DNA of 12,431 bases, taken from assembly GCA_050014495.1 (NCBI GenBank), contig JBEKDF010000055.1, positions 1 to 12,431 of the forward strand. The letters are read 5' to 3'. Below are positions 9,087 through 12,431 of the stretch, piece by piece. Below the pieces are notes generated by a model that was not told the origin of the DNA, made no database searches, and worked only from the letters and a program-made list of their open reading frames with translations. This DNA is from Candidatus Bathyarchaeia archaeon. Its GTDB lineage: Archaea; Thermoproteota; Bathyarchaeia; TCS64. The first letter of the stretch is position 1, and every line of letters starts with the position of its first letter. The position numbers were made by a program, and so were the translations under genes.

Positions 9087-9530
9087 TTATCGAGAGAGTA
9101 TTAATAGAGCCTCTTGGATTCGCTCGAACATCACAAACCTCGAATATAGGGGTATCAGTACAATAAACTCCACGAATACGATTAATTCATAGTAGAGAAG
9201 CACCCTGGACTCATACCACCTCTTCCCAAGACTGATAAGAGACCAGATGAAAGCGATGCCGGCAATTAAGTATCCAATCTCTATATTCAGTTGAGTAGAT
9301 TGATAGAATTGCGTAGAATAATATGAATATGGGTCTCCGGGTAGCATTGCTTTTTGTGGTCCTAGGGGTCCGGAGAAATACAACAGAAATAGCATCAGAA
9401 TATAGGTTAGTGTAACGTGTACCCAAGAGTACCTTGGGCGTATTCTGTATCCGATTATTGCTGGAGCGAGGATGATTGAGAGACCAAGTATTGGGCCAAT
9501 AATAGCATCCACTAGATTATTTACCATCAA
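9087..9530 (-). CDS. Hypothetical membrane protein, about four TM helices
   Basis: 147-aa ORF with four hydrophobic segments. Confidence 0.7.
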   Translation of the reverse strand: MMVNNLVDAIIGPILGLSIILAPAIIGYRIRPRYSWVHVTLTYILMLFLLYFSGPLGPQKAMLPGDPYSYYSTQFYQSTQLNIEIGYLIAGIAFIWSLISLGKRWYESRVLLYYELIVFVEFIVLIPLYSRFVMFERIQEALLILSR

Positions 9531-9657
9531 CTTTCAGATGGGTCTATAACATAATAAGAGTTAACCTATTGAGACTCATGGAAGGCGCGCGCGCACTCGT
9601 AGAGGTTACTAATTTTTTTAAAACAATGCATATGTAATGCGCGCGCATCCGAATTGA

Positions 9658-10506
9658 TCAGCCATTAATTGAAGATGCAACAAAGACTTGAACATCATCA
9701 AAATAACAATTTGTGTTCGACTTAATCGCAGCAACCCCAAAATATTGCAAAGCGTAAGGATTTGTTTTGTCATTACCTGAAGAGATATCCTTGATGTTCG
9801 AAGCCACAAGCGAGTCATTTATCCAAACATTGAAATTATCTGTGTCCCTATCAAGTATAACCTTAATTTTATACCAAGTATTGGGCGAATAACCCTGCAA
9901 CTCGTCATGGCAGCCCATCAACATTTGAGTGCCATTGACATCAGCGAATTGTACAAGTGCGTGCCAAGCAGTTGAAGAATTCTCAGGAATATTGATGAGG
10001 AAACCAACCCTCAACGATGCATAGGTCGTGAAGCTATCCACTTTCCCATAAACCTGATAACCGATGAACCTCGCGTTGGTTGAGAAACTCCTGACACCAA
10101 TTGTGGTGAACCAATAATCCGCTGGTGCTGTTAATTGTAGCGATTTTGTTCGTGAGATGTATGTAGAATCCGTGATCGCTCCCTCTGTGTTGTACCAGAA
10201 CTGCCAATTTTGAGTTGGAAGAGTTCCCACGGTGTAGCCCTCGAAGTTATCCAACAAGGGATTGGTGGCATCGATTACCTGCGAGTTGTAATTGGTTGTC
10301 GGTGGAGAGGTGGTAGATTGTAAGAGTTGGTTGATTCTGTCGTTCATTGTCGCAGCTTCATTTTGAAGCAAGTTTACCTCTATCTGTAAGTTATTTATTT
10401 GATTTTGCATTGATGATGAGGAGGTTTGCTCCATAACAATGAATAAAGCGCCAACTCCAATTAGAAAACCTGTGGCTAAACCAATGAGTAAAATCTTATA
10501 ATCCAT
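9658..10506 (-). CDS. Membrane-anchored protein: TM, coiled coil, S/T/P linker, ConA-like lectin/glucanase-type beta-sandwich
   Basis: Probable start ATG 10506 (MDYKILLIG...). DNFEGYTVG and YSPNTWYKIKVILD...FNVWIND...YFDDVQV are typical of LamG/ConA-like domains. Confidence 0.7.
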   Translation of the reverse strand: MDYKILLIGLATGFLIGVGALFIVMEQTSSSSMQNQINNLQIEVNLLQNEAATMNDRINQLLQSTTSPPTTNYNSQVIDATNPLLDNFEGYTVGTLPTQNWQFWYNTEGAITDSTYISRTKSLQLTAPADYWFTTIGVRSFSTNARFIGYQVYGKVDSFTTYASLRVGFLINIPENSSTAWHALVQFADVNGTQMLMGCHDELQGYSPNTWYKIKVILDRDTDNFNVWINDSLVASNIKDISSGNDKTNPYALQYFGVAAIKSNTNCYFDDVQVFVASSING

Positions 10507-10656
10507 GATCTGTAGTTGCCAAGTAAAGATAAAAGATATTCTATTATGCACGTGAATAGCCTTATCCTAGCTTCACTCTGGGGACTGGTTGAAGCTGATC
10601 CGCGCACGCCTCAATAGCCTTATCCTCACCTCCACTTGATACTCAACCAATGTTGT

Positions 10657-11205
10657 ATGGTTGATGCGCAGACGATTGGAGTATTGGTTACGACAGCAAG
10701 CGTGACAGTGGCGGCGATATATTACATGTTCACCCTCAGAATCAACATGAGGACACAGCAACTAGCACTCAAGGCACAGGAGCAGAACTTGGAGACGAGA
10801 CAAGCCCAACTGTTCATGCCAATATACGCGAAGATGTATGATCCCGACTTCATTGAAGGAAACGCCAAGGCATTCGGCATCGAGTGCAAGGACTTCGACG
10901 ACTTCAACTCAAAGTGCAGCTACGAGAGCAACCCGGACCTGTACAGAAGTTTCTGGTCATTAGGATGGTACATGGAGGGCTTAGGGGTCCTAGTCAAGAG
11001 GGGTCTGATAAGCCCCGAGCTTGTGGATGACCTAATGTCTGGAACAGTCATCGCGTGGTGGGAGAGGTTTGAGCCAATGATTAGCGGGCTGAGGACTAGA
11101 AACCCCTCGGCCGCTGAAAACGTTGAGTACACGTACAGAATGGTCAAGCAGATAGCCGTCAGTGAACACCCTGAGATCATGGAGAGAAGGGTCGAAGTGA
11201 CGTAG
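10657..11205 (+). CDS. DUF4760-like protein, paralog 1 (N-terminal TM anchor)
   Basis: MVDAQTIGVLVTTASVTVAAIYY...ETRQAQLFM...DFDDFNSK...EGLGVLVKRGLI...WERFEPMI...ENVEY. Family assignment is by recognition, not a search. Confidence 0.75.
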   Translation: MVDAQTIGVLVTTASVTVAAIYYMFTLRINMRTQQLALKAQEQNLETRQAQLFMPIYAKMYDPDFIEGNAKAFGIECKDFDDFNSKCSYESNPDLYRSFWSLGWYMEGLGVLVKRGLISPELVDDLMSGTVIAWWERFEPMISGLRTRNPSAAENVEYTYRMVKQIAVSEHPEIMERRVEVT

Positions 11206-11259
11206 CATTAGACATAGCCTTATCCACATTCCCACCTGATTCTTCTTCAGTGATGATTA

Positions 11260-11802
11260 TTGGTTGATCTATCTGAGATTCAGGCTGCCTATTATATGGT
11301 GGCAGCAACCGGAGTACTCGTAGCAGCAGTATTCTACATAGCGAATCTAAGGGAAACAACACGGAACAGAAAAGCGACGTTCGAAAACAATGTTATGCAA
11401 AATATGTTTACCCCCCTGTTTAATCAACTTTACATGGAAATCATGAGTATGCAGTGGACCGACTTCGAGGACTTCAAGAGGAAATATGATTCAAGCGTAA
11501 ATCCACAGAACTTCGTAAATAGAAACATCATCTGGGGATATTATGATAGCCTTGGCAAGCAGCTTCGGCAAGGAGTCATCGACATCGATTCATTCTCTGA
11601 CCATTGGTGTGTTGCGGTTGTGAGGGTTTGGCACAAGTTTAAGCCTATAATTGAGGGTTATCGGGGATGGCAGTGGCCGAGTGGGTATTATAGGGACTTC
11701 GAGTATCTGGCTGTGGCTCTAGAGAAGAAGCTTATGGATGAGGACCCCGACTTCATGAAAAAGTTTAGTAACATTATTTCACCTCGAGAGGTTCATCAGT
11801 AA
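11260..11802 (+). CDS. DUF4760-like protein, paralog 2
   Basis: Same layout as paralog 1: VAAVFY...WTDFEDFKRKY...LG..LRQGVID...WHKFKPII...FEYL. TTG start after GTGATG. Confidence 0.78.
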   Translation: MVDLSEIQAAYYMVAATGVLVAAVFYIANLRETTRNRKATFENNVMQNMFTPLFNQLYMEIMSMQWTDFEDFKRKYDSSVNPQNFVNRNIIWGYYDSLGKQLRQGVIDIDSFSDHWCVAVVRVWHKFKPIIEGYRGWQWPSGYYRDFEYLAVALEKKLMDEDPDFMKKFSNIISPREVHQ

Positions 11803-11843
11803 TCTTATCCAAACCTCCACCTGACTCTAACCAGTGATGATTA

Positions 11844-11927
11844 ATGGTTGATCTAGTAGAGGTTCAGGCAGCCTACTACATGGTGGCCGCAACGGGGGTA
11901 CTAATCTATCACGTTTTAGTAGTTTAA
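11844..11927 (+). pseudogene. Truncated paralog 3 (27 aa)
   Basis: MVDLVEVQAAYYMVAATGVLIYHVLVV*. The first 20 residues match paralog 2 (MVDLSEIQAAYYMVAATGVL) at 18 of 20 positions, then similarity ends. Confidence 0.88.
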
Positions 11928-12142
11928 TGTTCGCATCAATTCTGGATTATTTTTAAGGTGTCTTTGGCATAATCTTATCCTCACTTCCATTGGATATTCG
12001 AAAAATCTTAACCCAAATTCACTTTGGCATAAATCTCAATGAATAAAATACCACCATTTCGAATTATGTATAAGACGTTTATTAATATCCGAATTTAGCT
12101 AAAGTTATATATATAAGTGTTATATTTATTATGTGATAAGAG

Positions 12143-12334
12143 TTGAATAGGATTGAAAGATTCCTTCTCCCTTATTCAAGCGAGAAAACAGTTAGGGTTT
12201 ACAAAGTCCATTTGAAGAAATTTTTCTCTACATTTGGAAAGGTAAATAATCTTGAAGAATCTGCTGAGGAGTATTTTACTCAAAAGCGTGACTATGAAGA
12301 GAATGTGGTGCGCGCTGGCTCGTCCCTAAAATAG
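12143..12334 (+). pseudogene. N-terminal (core-binding, SAM-like) fragment of a tyrosine recombinase/integrase
   Basis: IERFLLPYSSEKTVRVYKVHLKKFF matches the integrase N-terminal S.xTxxxYxxxLxxF pattern. No catalytic domain follows; the frame ends just after GTGCGCGC at 12308-12315. TATA-rich stretch at 12105-12125. Confidence 0.65.
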
Positions 12335-12431
12335 GTACACACCCAGAATCATTGAAACAAACAGAGACACCACCCCCAGACGAAAACAGGAAACACTCAG
12401 AGAGCCAAACCAAGCCCACAGCCAGCCCAAC

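Larger units (their letters stand above)
8549..11980. repeat. Dispersed motif TARYCTTATCC, 7 intergenic copies
   Basis: + strand at 8549, 10557, 10615, 11215, 11800, 11970; - strand at 8674-8684. 8548-8567 and 11799-11818 match at 19 of 20 positions. Confidence 0.85.
4258..12315. repeat. Dispersed alternating purine-pyrimidine (GC)n tracts at gene and segment boundaries
   Basis: 4258-4267, 4857-4873, 5557-5564, 5613-5621, 6031-6043, 6601-6611, 6999-7008, 7215-7221, 7400-7408, 7579-7586, 8611-8621, 8703-8711, 9076-9083, 9585-9596, 9637-9648, 10545-10554, 10601-10609, 12308-12315; also 2368-2382. Confidence 0.85.

Noticed and set aside
6061..9579. GAGACTCAT at 6061 and 9571, both near tracts
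   Set aside because: Only 9 bp, two copies, and on different sides of the tract; compatible with chance.
2024..11362. Short overlapping ORFs (2024-2233, 4015-4197, 4726-4944, 6204-6572, 7394-7585, 7862-8158, 8786-9004, 9211-9426, 9618-9818, 10573-10761, 10722-10907, 10920-11180, 11032-11235, 11177-11362)
   Set aside because: Alternate-frame or antisense overlaps of better-supported genes, with no recognisable motifs.
11260..11905. DGR template/variable repeat pair
   Set aside because: Mismatches are mostly synonymous and not adenine-specific, the repeat is at the 5' end of the gene, and no reverse transcriptase is present.
10555..12040. CRISPR array
   Set aside because: The repeats are short, degenerate, irregularly spaced and separated by genes; no cas genes.
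4233..12334. Classical integron (attC cassette array)
   Set aside because: Genes are in mixed orientation, and I found no RYYYAAC...GTTRRRY palindromic attC after stop codons and no IntI catalytic region.
12316..12431. Possible CDS in the A/C-rich terminal stretch
   Set aside because: Several frames are open because of strand skew; too short and cut by the window edge to call.

Overview
Archaeal DNA (aTrm56 gene, GGTGA-type ribosome-binding sites); the gene families are most consistent with Bathyarchaeia (inference). Positions 1-4232 look like ordinary chromosome: a pseudo-receiver/PAS/GAF/PAS sensor, an AT-rich ECF S-component, an ACT-domain protein, a PH-like membrane protein and tRNA C56 methyltransferase. 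Positions ~4250-12431 are an accessory mosaic of short, compositionally mixed genes and gene fragments in both orientations, ending in a truncated tyrosine-recombinase N-terminus. Two patterns stand out. (1) Nearly every segment boundary in the mosaic is a short alternating purine/pyrimidine (GC)n tract, and several genes, including the recombinase, appear cut at such a tract. (2) An 11-nt motif, TARYCTTATCC, occurs 7 times between genes and heads a tandem array of DUF4760-like paralogs plus empty stubs. Together they suggest a gene-capture or shuffling hotspot that is not a classical integron, CRISPR array or IS. The mechanism is inference, and an assembly or amplification artefact must be excluded.
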